This document shows, piece after piece, positions 47,824 through 57,574 of a stretch of DNA of 64,000 nt; within the stretch, counting starts at the first letter, position 1; each line of letters opens with the position of its first letter. A model generated the notes under the pieces. That model saw only the letters and a list, made by a program, of their open reading frames with translations. It was not told the DNA's origin and searched no databases. The position numbers were made by a program, and so were the translations under genes. The stretch spans positions 1 through 64,000 of the IMG/VR virus record IMGVR_UViG_3300009593_000010; one strand, given 5' to 3'. Origin of the DNA: a virus.

Positions 47824-48237
47824 ATGGCATATTATGATGGAGAAGTCAATTACAATGTCGATGAGAATTCAGTTGTAATAGATAGGGACTTCACTCTACA
47901 GATTCCGCCAGAAGTGTTGGATGATCTCTATATGGGGACGACAGCAACATGGTGGGTAGGAAAAACAGGTGATGAGGTTAGAGTAGAAATAGTAAATACT
48001 AGTGGATACTCTCAAATCTCATCAAATGAATTCCGAAAGGAACCGAAGCTTGCACATAAAAGAGCTGAGGGGACTTATAATGTCGGCAAAGAAACTTATA
48101 TCCATAGGGGTGCAAGTTTAAGAGTTGGCAAGGATATTATTAATGCATTAAGTATTAATAGTCCAGAAACAAACAATGTCAGATGGACAGTAGATACTAC
48201 CAACTGGCGTTGTGTACTAACAACAGTCGTTAAATAA
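47824..48237 (+). CDS. Hypothetical protein in the fibre cluster
   Basis: 137-aa ORF, GGAT SD. Confidence 0.65.
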   Translation: MAYYDGEVNYNVDENSVVIDRDFTLQIPPEVLDDLYMGTTATWWVGKTGDEVRVEIVNTSGYSQISSNEFRKEPKLAHKRAEGTYNVGKETYIHRGASLRVGKDIINALSINSPETNNVRWTVDTTNWRCVLTTVVK

Positions 48238-48286
48238 CGATAAAATTTTGGGTATATACCCAATGGATAAAGTGAGTTAATAAAAT

Positions 48287-49603
48287 ATGACACAAACAGT
48301 TCAACTCAGAAGGAGTTCGACTGATGGTGCTAAGCCTACAACTGCTCAGTTAGAACTGGGTGAAATGGCAATCAATACTTACGATGGTAAAGTTTACATT
48401 AAGAAAAGTGTAAGCGGAGTCGAGAGTATCGTTCAAGTTGGAGAAGCATCAACCAGTCAATTTACTTCATATCAACATTGCAAGTTCTCAAACGCAGGTG
48501 GGACACTTTCTGCTGGTCAGACATCTTTTAGTGGAACAGATGATAATTCTGCTTCATTAGGATACACTGCTGGAAACTTAATTGTTTTCTTAAATGGTGT
48601 TGCACTAGACCCAGATGATTTTACTGCAACAAATGGAACAACAATAGTATTAGACAATGCAGTTGCTGGTTCTGATACATTAGAAACAGTTTCAATGGGT
48701 GGGGATAGTGGTTCTGCATTAACCTCAGTTGCAATATATGAATACACTGCAACAGCAAACCAAACTGCATTTACAGGTGCAGATGATAACTCAAGAACTT
48801 TATCTTATGACTCTGGAGAAGAATTAGTATTCTTAAATGGGGTTCTATTAGACCCTAGAACGAGTCAAGATTATACAAGAACATCAAGTTCTACCATAAC
48901 ACTTAATGCTGGTGCTCAAGTAAATGACACTCTAGTCATTAAGACTTATGGTGGTTCAAACCCATTTAACAGATTTACATTTGATGTCACTGCAGCTTCA
49001 ACAACTAGTATTACTGGTACAGATGCAAACTCAGTAACATTATCCTTCCATCCAGACTATTCAGAAGTTTTTGTGAATGGTATATTAATGCAAAAGGGTC
49101 AATGGACTGGGGGAGATGGAAAGACCATCTCATTTACTGATGCATTAGTAGACCCAAACTACATCATCGATGTAATTGATTACCAAATTACTGCACCTCA
49201 AGTTAGGTTGTTTAAAGATGAAGCACCATTCTTGGGTGGACATTTAAATACGAATGGTAAAGAAATTGTGGGTTCTTCTGGACAGAACATAACATTTACT
49301 CCAGCATCATCTCAATATGTAGATATAAAAGATGGGCCGTTGAGAATGGACATACTATCGAGTGATCCGTCTACTGTGACAGATCGTGCATCGTTGTATT
49401 CAAAGGAAATTTCTAGTATGGCAGAATTGTTTGTTCAAGATGAAGCGGGTAATGTCACTCAAATTTCTCCTCACCAAGATGGAGAGTGGGTGTATTATTC
49501 TGAAAATATAAAAACAGGAAAAAGATTTAAAGTGAATATGGAGAGAATGATTAGAAAACTTCAAGATATCACTGGAGAAAGATTCATCGAAATAGATGAA
49601 TAA
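48287..49603 (+). CDS. Fibre/structural protein with three tandem Ig-like repeats
   Basis: VQLRRS...L.LGEMAINTYDGK; three copies of F.G.D.N...L.Y....VFLNG.L. Confidence 0.75.
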   Translation: MTQTVQLRRSSTDGAKPTTAQLELGEMAINTYDGKVYIKKSVSGVESIVQVGEASTSQFTSYQHCKFSNAGGTLSAGQTSFSGTDDNSASLGYTAGNLIVFLNGVALDPDDFTATNGTTIVLDNAVAGSDTLETVSMGGDSGSALTSVAIYEYTATANQTAFTGADDNSRTLSYDSGEELVFLNGVLLDPRTSQDYTRTSSSTITLNAGAQVNDTLVIKTYGGSNPFNRFTFDVTAASTTSITGTDANSVTLSFHPDYSEVFVNGILMQKGQWTGGDGKTISFTDALVDPNYIIDVIDYQITAPQVRLFKDEAPFLGGHLNTNGKEIVGSSGQNITFTPASSQYVDIKDGPLRMDILSSDPSTVTDRASLYSKEISSMAELFVQDEAGNVTQISPHQDGEWVYYSENIKTGKRFKVNMERMIRKLQDITGERFIEIDE

Positions 49604-49611
49604 CATAAATA
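49604..49611 (+). promoter_or_regulatory. Late promoter variant CATAAATA
   Basis: Upstream of the gene at 49640. Confidence 0.55.
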
Positions 49612-49639
49612 CTAATATTAATTAAGGGGAATATTAAAA

Positions 49640-52600
49640 ATGGCAACAAAAGCAAGATATCTTGCAGACTTATTAAATGCATCTGGGGAGTTAGACTCTA
49701 CTGGTGCAGTTGAGAGTATTCAAGATAACATATCAACATTATTTGCAGCTGGATCACATACAGGTATAGCATTTACCTATGATGATTCAAATGCAACATT
49801 CAGTGCAGCGGTCACACAAGATGCTCAGTCTGCTGGTTTCTATCACAAAGTAACAGTAACAGTTTCTGGCGGAAACTATTTAATGGACGGAACTGCGAAC
49901 GCATCCGTTGTATTATCCCCAAGTGTAACATATAGATTCGATCTATCAGATTCTAGTTGTGCGAATCATCCCCTTAGATTCTCAACAACTTCTGATGGAA
50001 CCCACAACTCTGGTGCAGAAATTTCAGCAGGTTATACAACATACTCTAAGACTGGAACACCAGGCTCAGCAGGTGCATACACACAAGTTTGTTTTGAACA
50101 AGATCAAACAAACCCACTATACTACTATTGTTCTGCACATAGTGGAATGGGTGGAACTGCATTGTTGGGTGTTCATCCAAATACAGACACAATAACAGAA
50201 GGTTCTACAAACCAATATCATACCTCAGAAAGAGTACAAGATATCACTGGTGCCCAGTTGGCAACCAATGGTTCTCATACAGGTATCACAGCAACATATG
50301 ATGATGCTGGTGATGGTGCAATTGACCTTGCACTAGTAACCGAAAATGTAGAAGATATCGTTGGGGCAATGTTCTCATCAAATACCGAAAGCGGTATTAG
50401 TGTCACCTATGAAGATGGTGACGGAACGATTGACCTAGATGTTAATGACCCTACCATTTCCTTAACTGGAGATGTAACTGGTTCTGCAACAATGACCAAT
50501 TTAGGAAACACATCTATTGCTGCCACAATTGCAGCCAATAGTGTTGCAATGGGAACAGACACAACAGGAAATTATGTTGCAACAGTTGCTGGAACAACAA
50601 ACGAGATAACTGTCTCTGGTTCTGGTTCAGAAACTGCAGCCGTAACAGTTTCCCTACCAGATGATGTCACTATAGGTAATGACTTAACAGTAACAGGTGA
50701 GATGGGTTCTGCAACAATTGCTACATCTGGTAATGCAGTAATTGGTGGAAACTTAACAGTTAGTGGTACAACTACTACAGTTTCTTCCTCAACAGTTGCT
50801 ATTACAGATAACAACATGAAGGTTGCAAAAGATAACTCTGCCAACACAACCGACTTTGGTGTCTATGGTGTTTATAACGATGGTTCAACAAGATATGCTG
50901 GTATTAACTGGGATGGAAGTGAATCAGATAAGTTTAGACTCTATCATGGAACAACAACCGAACCAACTACAGTAGTAGACCCTACTGCAACTGGTTGGAC
51001 AAAAGGAACATTAATTGCAGACCTAGAAGGTAATTCTTCAACTGCATCTGCACTTGCAACTGCAAGAACGATAGCAGTAAGTGGGGATGTTGTAGGTTCT
51101 GCATCATTTGATGGTTCTGGTAATATAGATTTATCTACAGTTATTCAAGCAAACTCAGTTGCATTAGGAACTGATACTACTGGAAACTACATGACAGATT
51201 TATCTGCTGGTGAAGGTATAGATATAACTCACACTGCAGCGGAAGGTTCAACTGCAACAATTACAGCAGAGATTGCAACAGACTCAAATAAAGGTGTTGC
51301 CCAATTTAACACAACAGACTTTACAGTAACTTCTGGTGAAGTTGCTATAAACGCAGAAAGAATTCAAGATACTGCTGGAGCAATGTTCACTGGTAATACT
51401 GAGACAGGTATTACAGCAACATATCAAGATGGAGATGGAACTGTAGATTTAGTTGTTAGTGGAACACTTGCAACAATAGTTTCCGATGGTACTGAAGCAG
51501 TACAAGACATTGCTGGTGCAATGTTTACATCTAATACAGAAACAGGTATAACGGCCACATATGATGACAGTGATGGAACGATTGATCTAGTTGTTAGTGG
51601 AACACTTGCAACAATAGTGTCAGACGGAACCGAAGCAGTACAAGATATTGCTGGTGCTCAACTTGCAACTAATGGTTCACACACTGGTATTACTGCAACA
51701 TATGATGATTCAAATGATGGTGCAATTGATCTTGCATTAGTATCAGAAAATGTACAAGATATTGTAGGAGCAATGTTCAGTTCCAATACTGAAACTGGAA
51801 TTGCAGCCACCTATGAAGATGGTGATGGAACTATAGACCTTGTAGTTAGTGGTGCTGCAGCAACAATCGTATCAGACTTCACAGAAGCAGTTCAAGATGT
51901 AGTTGGTGCAATGGTATCATCCAACACAGAAAGTGGTATAGGAGTGACATATGAGGATGGAGATGGTACTTTAGACTTTAATGTATCAGACCCAACATTA
52001 TCTTACACAGGAGATGTAACTGGTTCTGGAACAATGACTGATTTAGGTAATACTAGTATTGCATTAACAATAGCTGCAACATCTGTAGAAAACAGTATGT
52101 TAGCAGGTTCGATTGCAAACAGTAAACTTTCAAACTCAAGTATAACAGTTTCAGATGGTTCTAACTCAACTGCAACTTCATTGGGTGGAACAATAACATT
52201 TGCTGGTACTTCAAACGAAGTAGATGTTGCAGAAAGTTCTGGAACAATTACATATGGACTACCATCTGATGTAACAATATCAAACGACTTAACAGTTAGT
52301 GGAGACTTAACAGTTACAGGTTCAACAACACAAACTGGTTCAATAGTTTCAGATTCAAACTTTACAGGTTTAACAGATGCAAACTCTGGAAATTCAACAG
52401 ACTTTGGTTTCTATGGTAAGTATGTAGAATCATCCACTACAAAATATGGTGGTATATTCTACGATGCATCAACAGATAATACATTTAGATTATTCTCAGA
52501 TACACAAACAGTACCTTCAACTACAGTAAATACAGGTGCAACAGGTTATACTGCTGCTAACTTAGTAGTTGGTACATTAACTGGTAATGTTACAGGTAAT

Positions 52601-53584
52601 GTGACAGGTTCTTTAACTGGTAATGCAACAACAGCGACAACACTTGCAACTTCAAGAAATATAAGTGGTGTAGCATTTGATGGTTCTGCAAATATTACTT
52701 TAGACACAGACGACATTGGTGAAGGTTCAAGTAACCTCTATCATACATCAGAAAGAGTTGCAGATGTTGTGGGTGCGATGGTTAGTTCAAATACCGAGAG
52801 CGGTATTTCTGTAACCTATGACGATTCAGATAATACATTAGACTTTAATGTTGCTGATCCAACAATTGCATTGACAGGAGATGTAACTGGTTCTGCAACA
52901 ATGACTGACTTAGGTAATGTTAGTATTTCCACTTCTCAAGCAGCTGATTCAGTTGATCTAGGTACTCATACAACAGGTAACTATGTTGACAATGTTACTG
53001 GTGGAACTGGTGTTACTGTAACAGGTAGTGCTGGTGAAGGATGGGAACCAGCAATTAGTATTGGACAGGCAGTTGCAACTTCAAGTAATGTGACTTTTGC
53101 AGATGTTGCTGCAACAGGAAATGTAACAATTACTGGTAATTTAACTGTTAATGGTTCTCAGACAACTGTTAACTCAAGTACCCTTTCAGTAACCGACCTA
53201 AATATAATCGTAGGAAAGGATGCATCTACATTGGCTGCAACTGATGGTGCTGGATTAACATTTGGTGCTCATGGTTCTGCACCTACATTTACTTGGGATA
53301 ATGGAAACGCTAGACTAAGTGCAAACAAACAGATTTATTCTTCTGGTGGATTTGTAGGTAATGTAACAGGTAATGCAAGTGGAACCGCTGCTACAGTAAC
53401 AGGTGCAGCTCAAACTGCAATTACAAGTGTAGGAACATTGACTGGACTAGCAGTAAGTGGTGCAGCTACAACCAGTTATACAACGATTGGTTCTAGTGCA
53501 AAAGCATTTAGAAATATCTACATGCATTCATCTGCACCGAGTGGGGGAGATGGGGCCGTAGGTGATCTCTGGATAACATATTAA
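49640..53584 (+). CDS. Long modular tail fibre with a cupredoxin-like domain
   Basis: 1314 aa; repeated QDIVGAM..SNTE.GI..TY.D.DGT.D modules; HPL...YYYCSAHSGM; C-terminal APSGGDGAVGDLW. Confidence 0.8.
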   Translation: MATKARYLADLLNASGELDSTGAVESIQDNISTLFAAGSHTGIAFTYDDSNATFSAAVTQDAQSAGFYHKVTVTVSGGNYLMDGTANASVVLSPSVTYRFDLSDSSCANHPLRFSTTSDGTHNSGAEISAGYTTYSKTGTPGSAGAYTQVCFEQDQTNPLYYYCSAHSGMGGTALLGVHPNTDTITEGSTNQYHTSERVQDITGAQLATNGSHTGITATYDDAGDGAIDLALVTENVEDIVGAMFSSNTESGISVTYEDGDGTIDLDVNDPTISLTGDVTGSATMTNLGNTSIAATIAANSVAMGTDTTGNYVATVAGTTNEITVSGSGSETAAVTVSLPDDVTIGNDLTVTGEMGSATIATSGNAVIGGNLTVSGTTTTVSSSTVAITDNNMKVAKDNSANTTDFGVYGVYNDGSTRYAGINWDGSESDKFRLYHGTTTEPTTVVDPTATGWTKGTLIADLEGNSSTASALATARTIAVSGDVVGSASFDGSGNIDLSTVIQANSVALGTDTTGNYMTDLSAGEGIDITHTAAEGSTATITAEIATDSNKGVAQFNTTDFTVTSGEVAINAERIQDTAGAMFTGNTETGITATYQDGDGTVDLVVSGTLATIVSDGTEAVQDIAGAMFTSNTETGITATYDDSDGTIDLVVSGTLATIVSDGTEAVQDIAGAQLATNGSHTGITATYDDSNDGAIDLALVSENVQDIVGAMFSSNTETGIAATYEDGDGTIDLVVSGAAATIVSDFTEAVQDVVGAMVSSNTESGIGVTYEDGDGTLDFNVSDPTLSYTGDVTGSGTMTDLGNTSIALTIAATSVENSMLAGSIANSKLSNSSITVSDGSNSTATSLGGTITFAGTSNEVDVAESSGTITYGLPSDVTISNDLTVSGDLTVTGSTTQTGSIVSDSNFTGLTDANSGNSTDFGFYGKYVESSTTKYGGIFYDASTDNTFRLFSDTQTVPSTTVNTGATGYTAANLVVGTLTGNVTGNVTGSLTGNATTATTLATSRNISGVAFDGSANITLDTDDIGEGSSNLYHTSERVADVVGAMVSSNTESGISVTYDDSDNTLDFNVADPTIALTGDVTGSATMTDLGNVSISTSQAADSVDLGTHTTGNYVDNVTGGTGVTVTGSAGEGWEPAISIGQAVATSSNVTFADVAATGNVTITGNLTVNGSQTTVNSSTLSVTDLNIIVGKDASTLAATDGAGLTFGAHGSAPTFTWDNGNARLSANKQIYSSGGFVGNVTGNASGTAATVTGAAQTAITSVGTLTGLAVSGAATTSYTTIGSSAKAFRNIYMHSSAPSGGDGAVGDLWITY
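51370..51990 (+). repeat. Tandem 33-36-aa fibre modules (DNA direct repeats of about 100-108 bp)
   Basis: For example ggaacacttgcaacaatagt occurs twice; five successive E.VQD..GA...NTETGI.ATY modules. Confidence 0.75.
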
Positions 53585-53615
53585 TTTATATAATGTATAG
53601 GAGTGGAGTGAGGAT

Positions 53616-55190
53616 ATGACTTCAAAGATAAAAACACCAAGTGGATGGGTCGATACCTATGGTATGCGTGTCAAGACGCCTGGTGGTTGGAATAAAGTAG
53701 TTGATGTAAAAAGAAAGACACCTACAGGATGGGTGTTTCAAACTGGTACTATACAGGTTACTCAACCTTATCAACAAACATATCAGCAAGGATATCAACA
53801 ACCATTTCAACAAGGATATCAACAACCTTACCAAGCACAAAATAGTAGACCTTCTAATTATGAACAAACAATTAATAGACCTTCAAGTTATGAGGTAACT
53901 ATTAATAGACCTTCTAGTTATGAGGTGACAATTAATAGACCTTCTAGTTATGAGGTGACAATTAATAGACCTAGTTCTTACGAACAAACTATACCTAGGC
54001 CTGGTTCTTATGAACAAACTATACCTAGACCTGCTAACTACGAACAAACTATACCTAGGCCTGGTTCTTATGAACAAACTATACCTAGACCCACAACCTA
54101 TCAGACACAAAATTATCGTCCACCTACTTATGAACAGACGATACCTAGACCCACAACCTATCAGACTCAAGGCACTAGACCAACATTCTATCAGACTCAA
54201 GGAACAAACTATCGTCCAGCATTCTATCAGACTCAAGGTCAGACCTTCTATCAGACTCAAGGTCAAACATTTTATCAGTCACAGGGTACTAACTATAGAC
54301 CAGCATTCTATCAAACACAGGGTACTAACTATAGACCAGCATTCTATCAGACTCAAGGACAAACATTCTACCAAACACAGGGTACTAACTATCGTCCTAC
54401 AGGTTATCAACAACAGGCTGGAAACTTCTTCTTCCAAATTGGTAAGGGTCAACCAGTCTATGTTCCGTTTTTACAAGTACCAGCAACAAGGCCAAGTATT
54501 TCTGGATTCTATCAAATACAGAATGCACAATTTTATCAGATTCAAAATTCAAGACCTACTGTTCAAGGGTTCTATCAGATTCAAAATGCAAGACCTACTG
54601 TTCAAGGGTTCTATCAAATTCAGAATGCTCAATTCTATCAGATTCAGAATGCTCAATTCTATCAGATTCAAAATTCAAGACCTACTGTACAGGGATTCTA
54701 CCAGATTCAAAATGCAAGACCTACATTCTATCAAATACAGAATTCAAGGCCTGCAAACTATGAAGTAACTATCAGTAGACCTCAGTATTATCAAACTCAG
54801 AATTCAAGGCCTGCAAACTATGAAGTAACTATTAACAGACCTACATCTTATGAGGTAACTATTAACAGACCTACATCTTATGAGGTCACAATTAACAGAC
54901 CGACTTCATATGAGGTAACTATTAATAGACCTACAAACTATGAACAAACAATTAATAGACCTACAAACTACGAACAAACAATTAATAGACCTACTAATTA
55001 TGAACAAACAATTAACAGACCGACTTCATATGAGGTAACTATTAACAGACCTACAACTTATCAGACACCTGCTACAAGACCTGCCACAAGACCTAGTACG
55101 AGACCAGCAACAAGACCTAGTACGAGACCTTCTACTAGACCAGTTGCAACATGGGATGGAGATATCAACAAACCTTGGCCTGCAGATTAG
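53616..55190 (+). CDS. Mirror-symmetric Q/T/Y/R/P repeat protein, predicted giant beta-hairpin fibre tip
   Basis: 524 aa = 49-aa head (three KTPxGW) + 212-aa arm + 32-aa turn + 216-aa arm + 15-aa tail; repeat counts match on both arms. Confidence 0.85.
   Translation: MTSKIKTPSGWVDTYGMRVKTPGGWNKVVDVKRKTPTGWVFQTGTIQVTQPYQQTYQQGYQQPFQQGYQQPYQAQNSRPSNYEQTINRPSSYEVTINRPSSYEVTINRPSSYEVTINRPSSYEQTIPRPGSYEQTIPRPANYEQTIPRPGSYEQTIPRPTTYQTQNYRPPTYEQTIPRPTTYQTQGTRPTFYQTQGTNYRPAFYQTQGQTFYQTQGQTFYQSQGTNYRPAFYQTQGTNYRPAFYQTQGQTFYQTQGTNYRPTGYQQQAGNFFFQIGKGQPVYVPFLQVPATRPSISGFYQIQNAQFYQIQNSRPTVQGFYQIQNARPTVQGFYQIQNAQFYQIQNAQFYQIQNSRPTVQGFYQIQNARPTFYQIQNSRPANYEVTISRPQYYQTQNSRPANYEVTINRPTSYEVTINRPTSYEVTINRPTSYEVTINRPTNYEQTINRPTNYEQTINRPTNYEQTINRPTSYEVTINRPTTYQTPATRPATRPSTRPATRPSTRPSTRPVATWDGDINKPWPAD
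53763..55142 (+). repeat. Coding tandem repeats (12-, 24-, 30-, 36- and 39-bp units) in mirror order
   Basis: For example aatagaccttctagttatgaggtgacaatt repeated; unit lengths are all multiples of 3; direct repeats, not inverted. Confidence 0.95.
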
Positions 55191-55247
55191 TGATTTGAGA
55201 ACTCTATATACTAATATAGAGAATTAACTTTATTATGGAGATATATT

Positions 55248-55871
55248 ATGTTATTAGTATACGATAACGACAACCAATTACATTTAATCAACAGTACAGG
55301 ATTACGATGGAATTATGAGCGTGCAGACAAACCAGACTTAGGTTTCGATTACGATTACCTATTTTATAACCCAACCGAAGATGAAACTTTTGAAATTCAA
55401 GGAAATGTATTTCCATTGAGTCAAGAGCAAATTGATAGTATTGAAGAATATATTAATCTTGCAGAACCACCAGACATCTGTAATCTACAAAATCAATTTA
55501 CAGATGATTTAAAACATCATATTTTTGAACAGTTTGAAAATGGATTCTTTGGTGACTTGGGATATAATGGATGGGGTGATCTTCTTATCACTGCGAGAGA
55601 GGGCTCTAACGACCCATATCGTGCAGAGGCAAGACGATGTTTAGAGTTTAGGGACTTTGTTATGCAATCTTATTATAGATTAAGAGAAGAGATTCTTGCA
55701 TCTGAGGATGCAGACTTACTGCCATTTGAGGATTACATAGGTAAACTACCTATAGTTCCACAGTCAGATTGGTTCTCAAGAGGTGATAGACCTATCGCAG
55801 AACGACTTCAACTACTTGCCGATAGTGATACTTTAGATATCAATGGTGGGGAAGATAGTAGGAGATTCTAA
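55248..55871 (+). CDS. Putative tail-fibre assembly chaperone
   Basis: Directly after the hairpin protein; DPYRAEARRCLEFRD resembles the A.A...WRD helix of fibre-assembly proteins (recalled similarity, not computed). Confidence 0.45.
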   Translation: MLLVYDNDNQLHLINSTGLRWNYERADKPDLGFDYDYLFYNPTEDETFEIQGNVFPLSQEQIDSIEEYINLAEPPDICNLQNQFTDDLKHHIFEQFENGFFGDLGYNGWGDLLITAREGSNDPYRAEARRCLEFRDFVMQSYYRLREEILASEDADLLPFEDYIGKLPIVPQSDWFSRGDRPIAERLQLLADSDTLDINGGEDSRRF

Positions 55872-55874
55872 ATA

Positions 55875-56789
55875 ATGGATATCCATTCATGGATGGACGA
55901 CCCTTTAGACATCGTATATCTTGACAAATCAAAACCATTAGACGAGTTACCCCACAAACAAGCTTGGGTAATCGACAATTTTCTAACTCCAGCAGAGTTC
56001 GCTGCGTGGACGGAGTGGAGAATAGTTCATTCAGACTACAAACTTTCAAATAGAGTTATGCGTGAAGGGGAGATGCAACATCTCTACTTTGGTCAGTCTT
56101 GTTATTTTGCTTATGACCAATTCTTTGAGAGACCAGATGAGGGGTTTCATGAGAGTGTCGAACAAGGAACTAAGGGACAACTTGCAAAGAGACATTGGAG
56201 AAGGATTCAACCAGACTGGAAAAAAAGAGTAATCTCAAGGCCAAATGTTGGACATTGCCACCCAATGTTAGATACTTTTGGTTGGAAACTACAACAACAG
56301 TTTAGATTTGATTGGGTAAGATTCCAGTATTGTGGATTCAATGGTCAGATAACAGGACAAGATGGAACAGTCCATGAGGATACACACAAAGATGGTAGGA
56401 GTGAAAACAACCTTACATTCTTATTCTATGATCAAGAACACTGGGAAGATGACTGGGGTGGAGATTTAATATTTTTTAATTCCGAGTTTCATAATCCAGA
56501 ATTGGGTATAGGAATACCAGAAAACGAGAAGGATTATGAGATAGGACGGATAAAATATAAACCTAATCGTCTTATAGTAGTAAATGGTATGATATCTCAT
56601 AGACATCCAGGCCCTGCAATACCATACGATAAACCAAACTTTCCCTTTAGAACAAGTATGGTCATGAGGGGTGATGAAATTAAACTATGGAAAAGGGGTC
56701 TATATAAACATATAGAATATGATAATGGTAAGTGGGAAACCCTACCAACCCTAAAGGAAGAGTATAAACTATGGACAGAAGAACAGTAA
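55875..56789 (+). CDS. 2OG-Fe(II) oxygenase (prolyl-hydroxylase-like)
   Basis: HED (HxD), W..DWGG.L.F, YKPNRLIV.NG.I.H, RTSMV. Confidence 0.88.
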   Translation: MDIHSWMDDPLDIVYLDKSKPLDELPHKQAWVIDNFLTPAEFAAWTEWRIVHSDYKLSNRVMREGEMQHLYFGQSCYFAYDQFFERPDEGFHESVEQGTKGQLAKRHWRRIQPDWKKRVISRPNVGHCHPMLDTFGWKLQQQFRFDWVRFQYCGFNGQITGQDGTVHEDTHKDGRSENNLTFLFYDQEHWEDDWGGDLIFFNSEFHNPELGIGIPENEKDYEIGRIKYKPNRLIVVNGMISHRHPGPAIPYDKPNFPFRTSMVMRGDEIKLWKRGLYKHIEYDNGKWETLPTLKEEYKLWTEEQ

Positions 56790-57574
56790 TATTAGTCATG
56801 GGATTGCCTGGCTCAGGTAAAACAACCATGTCTGAACAACTAAAGTACCACCTTGATGCAGAACATTTTGAAGCAGATGTGGTTAGAAAGGTCGAAGATG
56901 ACTGGGACTTTAGTGAAAAAGGAAGAATGAAGCAGGTAACTAGAATGAAGAAACTTGCTAAACAGAGTGAAAGTAATTATGTAATATGTGATTTTGTGTG
57001 TCCTTATGTTGAAGGAAGGAAGATTTTAAAACCAGATTACATTGTATTCATGGATACTATTGAGAAAGGAAGGTGGAAGGATACTAATAAACTGTTCCAG
57101 AGACCTAGTAAATCAGAGGTAGATTACATTGTAGAGGACTTTAATGCAGAGTTACATGCAGAAATTATATCCAGAAGTATACTTGCAGACCAGAAATTCT
57201 TTGATGAGAGAGAACCAACAGTACAAATGTTAGGTAGATTTCAACCATTTCATGATGGTCATCTTGAGTTGTTTAAAAGAGCAATCGAGAAAACTGGACA
57301 AGTAAGTATCATGGTGAGGGAAATGCATAGAGCTCAATCAGACCCTTTTGACTTTAAAACAGTCAAACAGAACATAAAAATGTTCTTATTGGGTGATGGG
57401 TACGAAGAAAACAAAGATTATATTATACAGAAAGTGCCAAATATAGTTAACATAACCTACGGAAGAAGAGTAGGGTATGATATAGAAGAAGAAAAATTTA
57501 ATCAAGAGATAGAGGAAGTAAGTTCTACAGAACTGAGAAGACAACTTGGAGTCACGAAGGAAAAGTTTATATAA
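56771..57574 (+). CDS. APS-kinase-like P-loop kinase fused to an HxGH nucleotidyltransferase
   Basis: GLPGSGKTT, AD.VR...D.DFSEKGR, DFVCP; then MLGRFQPFHDGH. Confidence 0.8.
   Translation: MDRRTVILVMGLPGSGKTTMSEQLKYHLDAEHFEADVVRKVEDDWDFSEKGRMKQVTRMKKLAKQSESNYVICDFVCPYVEGRKILKPDYIVFMDTIEKGRWKDTNKLFQRPSKSEVDYIVEDFNAELHAEIISRSILADQKFFDEREPTVQMLGRFQPFHDGHLELFKRAIEKTGQVSIMVREMHRAQSDPFDFKTVKQNIKMFLLGDGYEENKDYIIQKVPNIVNITYGRRVGYDIEEEKFNQEIEEVSSTELRRQLGVTKEKFI

Noticed and set aside
53622-54768. Alternative-frame ORFs 54010-54768 (+), 53883-54266 (-) and 53622-53867 (-)
   Set aside because: By-products of a stop-poor tandem repeat; no SD and no independent protein signal
53763-55142. Repeat array as a CRISPR array or DGR template/variable region
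   Set aside because: Units are in-frame multiples of 3 in one ORF with no unique spacers. No cas or reverse transcriptase gene is present and there is no adenine-specific divergence between copies.
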